From contig OY759599.1 in the NCBI GenBank assembly GCA_963662465.1, forward strand, positions 4,608,001 to 4,672,000: a stretch of DNA of 64,000 nt, given 5' to 3'. This DNA is from Desulfatiglandales bacterium (GTDB lineage: Bacteria > Desulfobacterota > DSM-4660 > Desulfatiglandales > Desulfatiglandaceae). The notes under the pieces are model-generated. The model worked only from the letters and a program-made list of their open reading frames with translations. It had not been told where the DNA came from and did no database searches. The translations under genes were made by a program, and so were the position numbers. This document shows, piece by piece, positions 49,231 to 59,349 of the stretch. The number at the start of each line of letters is the position of its first letter. Position 1 is the stretch's first letter.

Positions 49231-51126
49231 CTATATCAGCTGATATCGTTTCAGCTTTCGATAAAATGTTCGTTCGGGGATCTCTAGAACGGCCGCGGTT
49301 TTCCCCTTGTGCCAGCGATTCCGGTCCAGAACCTGCGAGATATATCGCTTTTCAAAGTCCTCGAGAGCCTGCCGCAAACCCACCCCATCGGCAACCGGAA
49401 CCTCCCCGTTCTGAACGACTTCAGGTCCGGCCGGGACCGACGGTCCCTCCAAAAAATCAATCTGTTTAACGGTAAAATATCGATGCAGAACATTTTGAAG
49501 TTCCCGGACATTTCCCGGCCAATCATGGCTGCAAAGGGTCCCCATCAAATGCCCCGGCACGGTCCGCGGCTTTTCCGAGCCATAATGAACCCGGGTGAAG
49601 TGATCGATCAGGAGGGGAATGTCATCTCTTCGGTCTCTCAAAGGCGGCAATCGAATGCCAACCACATGGATCCTGTAGAAAAAATCCTCCCTCATGGCGC
49701 CCGCCGCCACAAGAGCGGCCAGATCCCTGTTGGTGGCGGCGATAATCCGAACATCCCTTTTTAACATGATGCTGCTCCCCACCGGCGAGTAACCGCCCCC
49801 CTCGATGGCCCGCAACAGTTTCACCTGCATGCCGGGGGTCAACTCCCCGACCTCGTCCAAGAAAAGGGTGCCCCCCTGTGAGAGGCCGAAGAAACCGTGG
49901 GTCTCCACGCCGGCCCCGGTAAAGGCGCCGCGCTTGTGACCGAAAAATTCACTTTCAAACAGCGCCTCGGGAATGGCGCCGCAGTTGACCGGCACAAAGG
50001 GCGCCTCGACGCGATCACTGAGATCGTGAATGGCACGGGCCACCAGTTCCTTCCCCGTACCCGATTCTCCTTCAATCACCACATTCGCATCCGTCTTCGA
50101 GACGTTCAGGATATGATCATACACTGCCTGCATAGCCGGACTCTTCCCCACCAGATTCCCGAATCGGTAACGTTCTTTGATGGCGGCCTTCAGCTTGATA
50201 TATTCCGTCCTGAGATGTTCCGCTTCGTTTTCCACGGCAGCTTCACGGGCCTTTGTCTCGGTGATATCCCGCACCGTGGCCAGGCAGGCGGGTCCCGCAT
50301 CCCAATCGACGGGGCTCAAGTGCCACTGGGTCCAGATTTCACATCCATCAACCCCGGCATAGGGCGCCTCGAAATCGTCCACGGATTTCCCTTCCCCAAC
50401 CTGCTTCAAAATGTTCAGAAATATTTCTCTATGGGGAGAGGGAAAGTTATGGGCCAGGTCTCCACCCAGAAGCGTCTCCCTGGAAATTTCCAACAGGGCG
50501 GCCAGGGCGGGGTTCACAAACTGAACACGTCCCTGTTGCAGAATAATGATGCCATCCGATGATTTTTCGGCAAGTATCCGGTAGTGCTCTTCGCTGGCTC
50601 GCAACTGCGCCTCGCGTGCCATCAACGCCTGTTCCTTCAGCTTGCGGCCTTCGATTTCGGCGTGAAGCCGCCTGTTGGCCTCGGACAGTTCAGCCGTTCG
50701 CACCGCCACCTGGGACTCCAACCGTTCGCCGGCCTTACAAAGCAGCGCCTCATGCCGCTTTTGCTCCAGGGAATATCGAATGGATCGTTCAAGAAGTTCC
50801 GAGTTCAGGCTATTTTTGACCAGATAATCGGCGGCGCCGGTTTCCACCGCGGCCATATCGATATTGTGATCGCCCATCCCGGTCAAAATGATCAAAGGCG
50901 CTTTACACCCCATGTCAATGGCGGTTCGAACCAGGTCAAGGCCGTCCTTCTCCCCGAGGCGATAGTCCACGAGATAGATATCGTGTCTTGATTTCTCGAT
51001 TTCTTCCAGGGCTTCCCGGTAGGTTGAAACCCACTCAAGGATGAAATCGCCTCGGGCCTCGTGGAGGAGATCCCGGGTCAGGAGATAATCCTCCTCATCA
51101 TCTTCCACCAACAGTACCTTCACCAT
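49231..51126 (-). CDS. Sigma54-dependent activator REC-PAS-AAA-HTH (NtrC/Fis family)
   Basis: GESGTGKE, intact GAFTGA, WPGNVRELQN, HTH; start placed at MVKVLLVEDD. Confidence 0.93.
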   Translation of the reverse strand: MVKVLLVEDDEEDYLLTRDLLHEARGDFILEWVSTYREALEEIEKSRHDIYLVDYRLGEKDGLDLVRTAIDMGCKAPLIILTGMGDHNIDMAAVETGAADYLVKNSLNSELLERSIRYSLEQKRHEALLCKAGERLESQVAVRTAELSEANRRLHAEIEGRKLKEQALMAREAQLRASEEHYRILAEKSSDGIIILQQGRVQFVNPALAALLEISRETLLGGDLAHNFPSPHREIFLNILKQVGEGKSVDDFEAPYAGVDGCEIWTQWHLSPVDWDAGPACLATVRDITETKAREAAVENEAEHLRTEYIKLKAAIKERYRFGNLVGKSPAMQAVYDHILNVSKTDANVVIEGESGTGKELVARAIHDLSDRVEAPFVPVNCGAIPEALFESEFFGHKRGAFTGAGVETHGFFGLSQGGTLFLDEVGELTPGMQVKLLRAIEGGGYSPVGSSIMLKRDVRIIAATNRDLAALVAAGAMREDFFYRIHVVGIRLPPLRDRRDDIPLLIDHFTRVHYGSEKPRTVPGHLMGTLCSHDWPGNVRELQNVLHRYFTVKQIDFLEGPSVPAGPEVVQNGEVPVADGVGLRQALEDFEKRYISQVLDRNRWHKGKTAAVLEIPERTFYRKLKRYQLI

Positions 51127-51778
51127 TGTCATCCTCGTAGAGAGACATCTCGGGATATAATTCCTTGGCGCATTTGGGGCAGATACCGTGGCTGAATTGA
51201 ATCCCCGCATGTTCATCAAAATAGGCTTCAAGCCGTTTCCAGTATCCGTCATCGTCTCGAATATTTTTGCAGTGCGAGCAGATGGGCAGGATGCCCCTGA
51301 GGGTTTTGATCTCCTCCAGCGCTTCTGAAAGTTCCCTGTTCGTTTTTTCCAGATGGGCGTTTTTCGCCTCGAGTTCCAAACTGAGACGCCTCAGGGTCAG
51401 GTGTGTTTCAATCCGGGCCAGCACTTCCTCCGTTTGAAAGGGTTTGCTGATATAATCCACCCCTCCCGCGCTGAACCCTTTCACTTTGTCCGCCACTTCG
51501 CCCAAGGCACTGAGAAAAATCACCGGCACGTCTTTGAGCCCCATGTGCGTTTTTAGCGCCTTGCACACCTCGTAGCCGTCCATTTCGGGCATAAGGATAT
51601 CCAGTAAAATAAGATCGGGCGCTTCCATATTCGCCGCTTCCAGGGCAGCCTTTCCGCTCAGGGCGGGGCGGACCCTGTATCCCTCATTTCCCAAGGCGTC
51701 CACCAGAAGTCTTACATTCTCACGGGTGTCGTCCACAACCAAAATATCCGCTTTGTAATGGTTCATTTCCATGCTCAT
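51098..51778 (-). CDS. Response regulator with Cys/His-rich C-terminal domain
   Basis: REC plus LPICSHCK.IRDD.GYW...SHGICP.C. Confidence 0.9.
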   Translation of the reverse strand: MSMEMNHYKADILVVDDTRENVRLLVDALGNEGYRVRPALSGKAALEAANMEAPDLILLDILMPEMDGYEVCKALKTHMGLKDVPVIFLSALGEVADKVKGFSAGGVDYISKPFQTEEVLARIETHLTLRRLSLELEAKNAHLEKTNRELSEALEEIKTLRGILPICSHCKNIRDDDGYWKRLEAYFDEHAGIQFSHGICPKCAKELYPEMSLYEDDNGEGTVGGR

Positions 51779-54351
51779 TCCTCAGATTTTCCTTTCATCA
51801 AGGACAGGATTGTCTCGTATTCAAAATTGTGGGCCCACGCTTGAAGCTTTACGGCAAAACGGGGATCCTCTTCTCCGATCCGTGCGATCAGTGAATCGAT
51901 GGCCTCCATATGGGCCCGCACTAAGGCGTCCGTGAGTTCTTCCCTCAAGCTTGGGGGGAGCGCCGCACATCGTGCCGGCCAGTTGTGAATTTCTTCGGCA
52001 GACCTCCCCTCTTCAGGACGTACGCTCGCCTCATACACCCAACTGACCCCCAAGTGTTTTTCCATGGCATGATAGATGTCCGCTTCCCTGAACGGCTTGG
52101 CGATATAGTCATCGCACCCTGCCGCCAATATGGCCTCCTGTTCGCTCTTCAAACTACCGGCGCTGACGGCAATGACTTTGACCGGCGGGTCACTACTGCC
52201 GGAAGACTTGATGACCCGTGTGGCCTCATAGCCGTCCATCACCGGCATCCGCATATCCATGAAGATAAGATGGGGATGCCATTCTTTCCACGCCTCAACA
52301 GCCTTTTTTCCATCTTCGGCCTCCTGAAGGTCAAACCCGAAAATCTCAAGGAGCCGCATGAGGAGCAACCGGTTCATGGGGTTGTCATCCACCACCAGAA
52401 TGCGATAACGGGGTTGCCCCGCCTGCAGGGCGATAACGTTTCGGGAGGGCGCAATGGTTTTCTCCGTCGCCATTTGAGGCGCCTTTACATGGATATCAAA
52501 CCGGAACAGCGCCCCTCTTCCCACCTCGCTTTCCGCGCTCATTTGACCGCCCATAAGTTCAACAAAGCTTCGGCTGATGGTCAACCCCAACCCGGTCCCC
52601 TCTTTGGCCAGGCGACCGGTTTCGGTCTGTTCAAAGGCATCGAAAATTTTCGTCAATTCTCCGGGGCGGATCCCCATACCCGTGTCTTCCACTTCAAAGT
52701 GGAGCCGCGGGGGCAAGTCTTCCCCGTGAAAGGGCTCGCCATTGATATTCCCCGCGGCCACGCGCACTGTAATGCCGCCCTTCTCCGTAAACTTCAAGGC
52801 GTTGTTAAGGAGATTGATGAGTATTTGTCGCAGCCTGACCGGGTCGGTCCGGATAAAATGCGGAACATTTTCTTCCCGTTCAAAAACGCATGTCAGTTGT
52901 TTGCCGACGGCAATGATGCTGAACATGTCTTCGATCTCATCCAGCATGGCATGGAGGTCAAAGTCGGATTCATTCAGGCGGACCCGCCCCGCTTCAATGG
53001 TGGAAAGATCCAGGACCTGATTGATGAGCGCCAAGAGATGCTCGCCGCCCTGACGGATGGTGTCAAGATATGCCATGTCTTGAGGGGAGAGAGTCTTGCT
53101 CCGGGTCAACAACTGGGCAAACCCCAGGATACCATTGAGCGGGGTGCGGAGTTCGTGGCTCATGTTAGCCAGGAAGACACTCTTGGCCCGGTTGGCATTT
53201 TCCGCCACCCGCCTGGCCTCATGCAGGGTGGTTTCATCCTCATTGCGTTTTTCCACAAAATAGGAAACCGATTGCGCCATACTCGCGATTTCATCCTTTC
53301 CTTCAACGGGAATGGGAAGGGGATTCCCCTGCACGTGGGCTGTCATGCTCTGCTCAAGGGCCAGAATACGACCGATGACCGAACGACGGATAAACAGGAA
53401 AATAAGGATGGCACTAATAAGAATGACAAGGGGAATCAACAGGAAGAGACTTCCGATCAGCGCTATTTCTTCCGTCACTTTTTGACTTTGCCGCTGGATT
53501 GCCGTGGAAATCTTTGAAAATACCCGTTCGGTCTGTTTCACCAGTTCATCGGACAAAAATGCATTTTGAACCAGCCTGTCTTGAATCAATATTTTTTGTC
53601 GCAAATGGGTTTCCGCCAGGGCCAGCAGCCCTTTCTTGCCCACGCCGTAGTGCTCCAATGTATTTAAATAACGATTAAACGATGACATATCAAGCGAGGC
53701 GACCCGCAACGCGTCACCAATCCTTTTTTTTAATTCAAGGATCTGGCCCTGATATTCTTCCAGTCGCTGACGGTCCGGTATGTTCGGCACATCCCGCAAC
53801 AGGCTGAAAGCCCGAATGAACAATTCTTGAATATGTCGGGAGGATGCCGCCCGCACCGGATAGCTTTCCATGGTCAGCGATTCCCAAATCCGTCTCATAT
53901 GAATGGAAAGTTGAAGAACACGCTGCCTGACTTCCATATCCTCCTTTATCAGGTATACAAGGGCTTGGAGGTTCTCAAAAATTTGTTGCGATCTTCTTGA
54001 CAGATCCGGCGCCTCAGCCACATTTGCCGCTTTCAGCTCGGAGAGGAGGCCCCGAATTTTTGTTAAATCCGCCGTTATTCGGTATGAAACCGATTCAAGG
54101 AGAAGCGGATTTTCACAAAGAACAAGCTCGGATCCGTCGGAGATCAATCCTTCCACTTCCTTTGCCAATTTGGAGACGGCAATCAGCAGGGGGAGGTCTT
54201 CCTTGGAAATTGTTTGGAACAACATGGCCGATTTGTCAAAATAGTGTTTGGCCACGCTGCTGGAAACAAACGCCACCAGGACGATCAACGCCAGCCCCAG
54301 GAAAACCTTGAGCGAGATGCCGGGGGCGATATTTTTTCCGAACCATTTCAT
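51775..54351 (-). CDS. Membrane hybrid sensor kinase (helical periplasmic sensor, HAMP, HK, REC)
   Basis: FLANMSHELRTPLN, GTGLGL, REC; ATGA overlap with the upstream SBP stop. Confidence 0.92.
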   Translation of the reverse strand: MKWFGKNIAPGISLKVFLGLALIVLVAFVSSSVAKHYFDKSAMLFQTISKEDLPLLIAVSKLAKEVEGLISDGSELVLCENPLLLESVSYRITADLTKIRGLLSELKAANVAEAPDLSRRSQQIFENLQALVYLIKEDMEVRQRVLQLSIHMRRIWESLTMESYPVRAASSRHIQELFIRAFSLLRDVPNIPDRQRLEEYQGQILELKKRIGDALRVASLDMSSFNRYLNTLEHYGVGKKGLLALAETHLRQKILIQDRLVQNAFLSDELVKQTERVFSKISTAIQRQSQKVTEEIALIGSLFLLIPLVILISAILIFLFIRRSVIGRILALEQSMTAHVQGNPLPIPVEGKDEIASMAQSVSYFVEKRNEDETTLHEARRVAENANRAKSVFLANMSHELRTPLNGILGFAQLLTRSKTLSPQDMAYLDTIRQGGEHLLALINQVLDLSTIEAGRVRLNESDFDLHAMLDEIEDMFSIIAVGKQLTCVFEREENVPHFIRTDPVRLRQILINLLNNALKFTEKGGITVRVAAGNINGEPFHGEDLPPRLHFEVEDTGMGIRPGELTKIFDAFEQTETGRLAKEGTGLGLTISRSFVELMGGQMSAESEVGRGALFRFDIHVKAPQMATEKTIAPSRNVIALQAGQPRYRILVVDDNPMNRLLLMRLLEIFGFDLQEAEDGKKAVEAWKEWHPHLIFMDMRMPVMDGYEATRVIKSSGSSDPPVKVIAVSAGSLKSEQEAILAAGCDDYIAKPFREADIYHAMEKHLGVSWVYEASVRPEEGRSAEEIHNWPARCAALPPSLREELTDALVRAHMEAIDSLIARIGEEDPRFAVKLQAWAHNFEYETILSLMKGKSEE

Positions 54352-55973
54352 TTTTTTCCTTGTTTCCAATAGACCGTATCCAGGGGCGACATCAACCCCC
54401 AGATGCTTTGATGGGTCCAGCCAAGGTTCTTGTCATAGGCAATGGCAAAAAACGGCTGGAGAATCGGGTAGACCGGAAGTTCGTCGGTAATAATTTTCTG
54501 GAATTTTTCATACAGCGCATACCGCTTTTCAAAATCAAGTTCCGAACCCGCCTGCTCCATGAGCGCATCCACCTCCGGGTTGCGGTACCCTTGTGTGTTG
54601 GACCAGATAACGCCCTTGCGGATATTGGAACTCAAATAGGTTCGGTGGACCCCGATCACAGGATCCCCCCAGTTAAAGACGTCGTCGATGGTCATCTGAA
54701 AATCCCAGTTGGACACTTTCCGCATCCAGTCATTGAAATCTTCCGGATGCTCGATGACGGCTTCCACCCCCAGGTTTCTCAGAAAGAGCTGCCCCAGGTA
54801 TTCAGAAATTTTCCGGTTGATCCCGGCCCTTTCAGGCATGTATGTCATGCGAAAAGAAAACCTTTTTCCTGTTTCATCACGGGGATATCCGGCCTCATCC
54901 AACAGCCGGTTCGCTTTTTCAAAATCCTGCTCATACAAATTCACATGGGATGAGTAAAAAGGACTGTTGGATGAAATCGGTCCGGTCTCCATGGCCGTTT
55001 CCCCTTTAAACATGGTGTCCACAATAAATTTACGATCGATGGCGTAGGCCATGGCCTTCCGTACCCGCACGTCATTGAAGGGCTTCCGCTGAAGGTTAAA
55101 TGCCAGCCAGTACATGGGCCCGATGCCTTTAAAGCCGTTTTTGACCACCACCAGATGATCCAGACTCCGCAGGTGATTCAGCTCATTCAAATCCTGGAAA
55201 CTCGCCATCATGTGAATGTCACCGGTTTCCATTCCCAGACCTTCTTCCAGGGTGTTGCGGATGATCTTAATGGTCAGACGATCCATATACGGGCGGTCTT
55301 TGATGAAAAAGTCTTTATTCTTTACAAGCCGAATCTCTTTTCCAGGCACAAAGGCCTCCAGTTTGAAAGGACCGGATCCAATGGGCTTCATGTTGGACGG
55401 GTGGTTCTTTACATTTTCCACGCTCCCATAAACATGCTTTGGGAGGATGGGAAGCAGGGCCGAAGACATGGCCGACAGAATAGCCGGATGCGGCTTTTTC
55501 AAGCGAATAACGACAGTATGGGCATCCGGCATGTCCACACCCGTAACCGGCGCCAGCATGGATTGAAAGGGGTGAAAGGCCTTTACGGTCATGATAGAAA
55601 AGGCCACATCCTCGCTTGTGATGGGCTTGCCGTCGTGAAAAACCGCGTTTTTCACCAGATGGAGCGTCACCGACAGGCCGTCCTTCGAGATCTCCCACTT
55701 TTCAGCCAGATAGGGATACGGATGCCATTCAGTATCGAATCGAAGGAGTCCCGCAAAGATCTGGGCGCCTGGAAAAGCAGTAACCAGACCGGACTGGATG
55801 GCCGGATTCAAATGGGGCGGCGAATCATAAAGACTGACCACGAGTTCTCCACCCGACGGGGGCGGCGAAGGGACCGGGTTTTCCGCATGGACCCCCGAAG
55901 ACCCCAACAAAATGGCGGCCGCGGCCAGGACATAACAAATGATCCGCAATTGTTTTAAGCGCCGAATAAGCAT
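54348..55973 (-). CDS. Family 5 (Dpp/Opp-like) solute-binding protein
   Basis: PYLAEKWEIS.DG, FHDGKPITSEDV.FS, PIGSGPFKL, VRKAMAYAIDR. Confidence 0.92.
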   Translation of the reverse strand: MLIRRLKQLRIICYVLAAAAILLGSSGVHAENPVPSPPPSGGELVVSLYDSPPHLNPAIQSGLVTAFPGAQIFAGLLRFDTEWHPYPYLAEKWEISKDGLSVTLHLVKNAVFHDGKPITSEDVAFSIMTVKAFHPFQSMLAPVTGVDMPDAHTVVIRLKKPHPAILSAMSSALLPILPKHVYGSVENVKNHPSNMKPIGSGPFKLEAFVPGKEIRLVKNKDFFIKDRPYMDRLTIKIIRNTLEEGLGMETGDIHMMASFQDLNELNHLRSLDHLVVVKNGFKGIGPMYWLAFNLQRKPFNDVRVRKAMAYAIDRKFIVDTMFKGETAMETGPISSNSPFYSSHVNLYEQDFEKANRLLDEAGYPRDETGKRFSFRMTYMPERAGINRKISEYLGQLFLRNLGVEAVIEHPEDFNDWMRKVSNWDFQMTIDDVFNWGDPVIGVHRTYLSSNIRKGVIWSNTQGYRNPEVDALMEQAGSELDFEKRYALYEKFQKIITDELPVYPILQPFFAIAYDKNLGWTHQSIWGLMSPLDTVYWKQGKK

Positions 55974-56225
55974 GTTTTCCCCCTTACCTTATAATGGAAG
56001 GTTTTCAAGCTGATTTTAAACGCCCAATATAACCTTTTTTCCGCTAAATGCGAAACAAAACACGTTGCGCTTTCCATGCCGCCTCATCTTCCCTGCTTTC
56101 CCCCTGCGATAGAATGGGTATTGAAAAAACAATCATAAATGGTATAGAGTGACGTGGTATTTCACGGCATTCTCTGCGCATAGCGTCATAATGCCTCTTT
56201 TAAGGCTTAGGTTTGGTAACTGCTC

Positions 56226-56522
56226 ATGTCTGAAATTCTCGTAATTGTCGCCATTGCCCTGGGGATCATCATGCTGCCCAGATTGACGGGCAGACGGGCT
56301 GAAAAACAAGGCCGCCAAACCAGCGGCATTTCAAAGATGACCGGCTGGATGCGCCTGGCAGTCATGGCTTCGATTTTATGGCCGGCCATTATGGTCTTTT
56401 TTCTAAAGCCCTGGAACGACCATTGGCCCATGTTTTTCTGTATCGCCATCGGGCCCGTGGCGTTATCCTGGGGAATTTTCTGGGTGCTTTCGGGTTTTCG
56501 GAAGAACAGAACGAACCGTTAG
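56226..56522 (+). CDS. Small membrane protein
   Basis: 98 aa with three hydrophobic segments. Confidence 0.6.
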   Translation: MSEILVIVAIALGIIMLPRLTGRRAEKQGRQTSGISKMTGWMRLAVMASILWPAIMVFFLKPWNDHWPMFFCIAIGPVALSWGIFWVLSGFRKNRTNR

Positions 56523-56542
56523 TTCCGTTGAAAGGTGAATCC

Positions 56543-58348
56543 ATGAGACTGACCATCGCCAAAAAATTATGGTTAAGCTTTGGCATCCTGATACTTGTCC
56601 TCGGCATCAGCGGTTCGATTTCCTACCTGCAAATCCAAAAGCTGAACGACGCCCTGAGACTGTTTATGGTGGTGCAGGAACCCCTTGAAGAGGCACTGCT
56701 GGAAATGGAAGTCAATATCGGTGAATCCGCCATTTCAGTTTTTGGGTTTGTCAGAGACGGCAACCCGGCGCACATCGAAAGCCTGCATCACTTCCAGGAA
56801 ATTATTGAGGAAGTTCTCACCGGGTTTAATTCCCTGGCGGCAACGAAGGCTGAAAAAGAGTTCGGCCGAAAAACCAATGCCTTTTTCCTGAAGCATAAGG
56901 CATTATCCCAAGATATCATCACCCTTGCCGGGGCCATGCGACAAGAACAGGCGCATTTCACAAAACTGGCGGATCAAGTCAATGCCTTAATCGACCTGAA
57001 CCTGTCAGGATCTTCCGACAAATCGGATTTGAGAGCGACGCTACAGAGAGAAGCCACTCTACTCATGAAAATCTCCTTTCATCGCGTCTTTGCAGCCATC
57101 GAGGGTTATATCATTCAACGGGCGCCGCTGATGAAAAAGGAAATCTCGGCAGCGGAAGATGCTTTTCTTAAATGGAACCGCATATACGCCGGTTCCGGAT
57201 TATCGCGGGCGTCGAAAACCTCCCTGAATGAATTGGACGAGCTATACCGCCGGACAAAGGCCTCCGGAAACGAACTGGTCCGCCTGGCGGACCAGCTGCA
57301 GACCAGGACAGAACAGTTTGAGAAGGATCTTCTGACAATCAAACAGATACTGAACGATGATATCCAACCCCTGCTCCGCCGGGAAACCGAAAGAACCGCT
57401 GAAAACGCCCTCCAATCCGGCGCCGTTGCTCTGTCCGTTACACTGGCCATGACCCTTTTTGCGCTAATGGCCACAGGCGGCGCCACATGGATCATCACCA
57501 GGGGGATTATCCGCTCCGCTCAGCAGTTGAAGGAAGGCTCAAAAGCATTCGGTCAAGGGAATCTGGACCACAACATCGCGGTAAAAAGCGACGACGAGTT
57601 AAAGGAAGTGGCCATCGCCTTCAACCGCATGGCGGGAAAACGAAAAAAAGCGGAAAAACAGCTCCAGGAAAGCGCGGACAAGATCAAGCTGTTCTCATAC
57701 TCCGTCTCCCACGATCTCAAGAGCCCGGCAATCGGTATCCATGGCCTGGCCATTCTTCTACTGAAACAATCGGAACATCTGTTGGATGATAAAGGAAAGC
57801 GAACCTGCGAGCAAATCGTAAAGACATCCGCGCTGATTGAGGAACTGGTCAATAACATCAACGCCTTCATTTCATCCAAGGAAGCCCCCCTGAACCTTGA
57901 AAAAGTACGGATCGGAGAAATCCTTAACACCGTAAAAGAAGAGTTTTCACCCCGGCTTGATGCACGCGGCATAAAATGGTCTCAGCCTGAACACCTGCCT
58001 GAAATAAAGGCCGACCGGTTATCCATGATCCGAGTGATTCGGAACCTGGTGGACAATGCGCTGAAATATGGGGGAACGGAATTGAGCAGCATCATTATTG
58101 AACATGAAGAAACCACCGAATTTCAGATCCTCTCCCTGACGGACGATGGCGTCGGCCTGGAAGGTGACGACCTGGAAGGTATCTTCGAAGTGTTCAAGCG
58201 GGAAAAAACCTCCCAGGGCACCCAGGGCGCCGGCCTGGGGCTTGCCATCGTAAAGGAGATCATGGCGCGTCATGGTGGGAAAATCCGGGCCAAGCAAGGC
58301 GAGGGAAGAGGGATCACATTTTCCTGTTCCATATCCAAAATCCTGTAG
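56543..58348 (+). CDS. HAMP sensor histidine kinase
   Basis: Start MRLTIAKK after AGGTG; SVSHDLKSP, GAGLGLAIVKEI. Confidence 0.9.
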   Translation: MRLTIAKKLWLSFGILILVLGISGSISYLQIQKLNDALRLFMVVQEPLEEALLEMEVNIGESAISVFGFVRDGNPAHIESLHHFQEIIEEVLTGFNSLAATKAEKEFGRKTNAFFLKHKALSQDIITLAGAMRQEQAHFTKLADQVNALIDLNLSGSSDKSDLRATLQREATLLMKISFHRVFAAIEGYIIQRAPLMKKEISAAEDAFLKWNRIYAGSGLSRASKTSLNELDELYRRTKASGNELVRLADQLQTRTEQFEKDLLTIKQILNDDIQPLLRRETERTAENALQSGAVALSVTLAMTLFALMATGGATWIITRGIIRSAQQLKEGSKAFGQGNLDHNIAVKSDDELKEVAIAFNRMAGKRKKAEKQLQESADKIKLFSYSVSHDLKSPAIGIHGLAILLLKQSEHLLDDKGKRTCEQIVKTSALIEELVNNINAFISSKEAPLNLEKVRIGEILNTVKEEFSPRLDARGIKWSQPEHLPEIKADRLSMIRVIRNLVDNALKYGGTELSSIIIEHEETTEFQILSLTDDGVGLEGDDLEGIFEVFKREKTSQGTQGAGLGLAIVKEIMARHGGKIRAKQGEGRGITFSCSISKIL

Positions 58349-58731
58349 ATTCATCTTACAGATCTGCGATCTAAGAAATCCTATTCATCGTGTTCAAGAC
58401 AATGAGGATGCCCACAGTGACTGATAACCCTTTGCCCATTTTTGAAAACTATATCATATTATCATATCATTTACGGTCACAAGCCGGGATAATTGCCTTT
58501 ATCTGAGGAGGAATGACACTGAAAGCGTACAAAACCTTTGCGACCGTGCAAGAGACCAAAAAACTCGTCCTGGACGATGTGCCTTTCGATAGGAGACAGC
58601 GAGGTGAATGAGCTTTTATGCCAATACCAAAAAAACGGCGCCCCTTTGGGTCTGGTTGAACGTTTTGTCGATTTGCCGTAATTTTTATTAGGTTGCAGCC
58701 TTAATTTGTTCTTGTTTTGAAGAGTTCCAGG

Positions 58732-59034
58732 TTAAACCGAGAATCCAAAATGGCTCCCATCTGACATTTCAATATCCAGTTGCAATTTACATCCTGCTGC
58801 TTCAATATATTTTTTGAGAGTTGACAACTTAATGTCTTGACCATTTTTCTCCATGCCTGCAATCGTTGGTTGCTTTACCCCCATAGCATTGGCAACATCA
58901 CTTTGGGTTAATTGAACTTTTTCTCGAAGTTCCGCCAGGTGAATATTCAGCAACATTTCAGATGCCATATCTTTTGCTTTTTTAACAACTTCCGGCTTTT
59001 CCCGTGCCATTAGTTCTTTTAGCGTCTTAGCCAT
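58732..59034 (-). CDS. HigA-like XRE HTH antitoxin (orphan)
   Basis: LAELRE...TQ.DVA.AMGVKQPTIAGMEK.GQD.KLSTLK.Y.EA.G; RBS AGGAGG. Confidence 0.85.
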   Translation of the reverse strand: MAKTLKELMAREKPEVVKKAKDMASEMLLNIHLAELREKVQLTQSDVANAMGVKQPTIAGMEKNGQDIKLSTLKKYIEAAGCKLQLDIEMSDGSHFGFSV

Positions 59035-59052
59035 TAGTCCACCTCCTTTGCA

Positions 59053-59082
59053 ATTAATTATAGGTTGCACCCTATAATTAAT
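59053..59082. promoter_or_regulatory. Perfect 12-bp inverted repeat, probable autoregulatory operator
   Basis: ATTAATTATAGG-ttgcac-CCTATAATTAAT directly upstream of the antitoxin RBS. Confidence 0.65.
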
Positions 59083-59349
59083 CAAGAAGGTTTGCAAAAT
59101 TTATTTTATATCTCTGTAAAAACATAACGGCGCAACCAAATCTTGATTCAACCGAATTTCTTGACGGTATATCAGCAACGATTAAAGATATCTCCACCAA
59201 AATTTACCCTGTAATCCTAGTCAAGATATTATTCATTATCCTACGCTATTTTCTTTTAACCTATTTACATAGTATCATTTTTTGATATAAAAAGGCTCAT
59301 TTTTATTATTCACGAAACAAGTCATTTTTGCATTGCGAGGTCTTTTCTT

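Noticed and set aside
39481..53517. Long + strand ORFs (e.g. 39481-40779, 45753-46640, 51985-53517)
   Set aside because: Antisense shadows of well-supported minus-strand genes; no domains recognised.
58513..58611. 32-aa ORF with strong RBS (MTLKAYKTFATV..)
   Set aside because: Possibly a remnant of a small TA-associated gene, but too short to assign.
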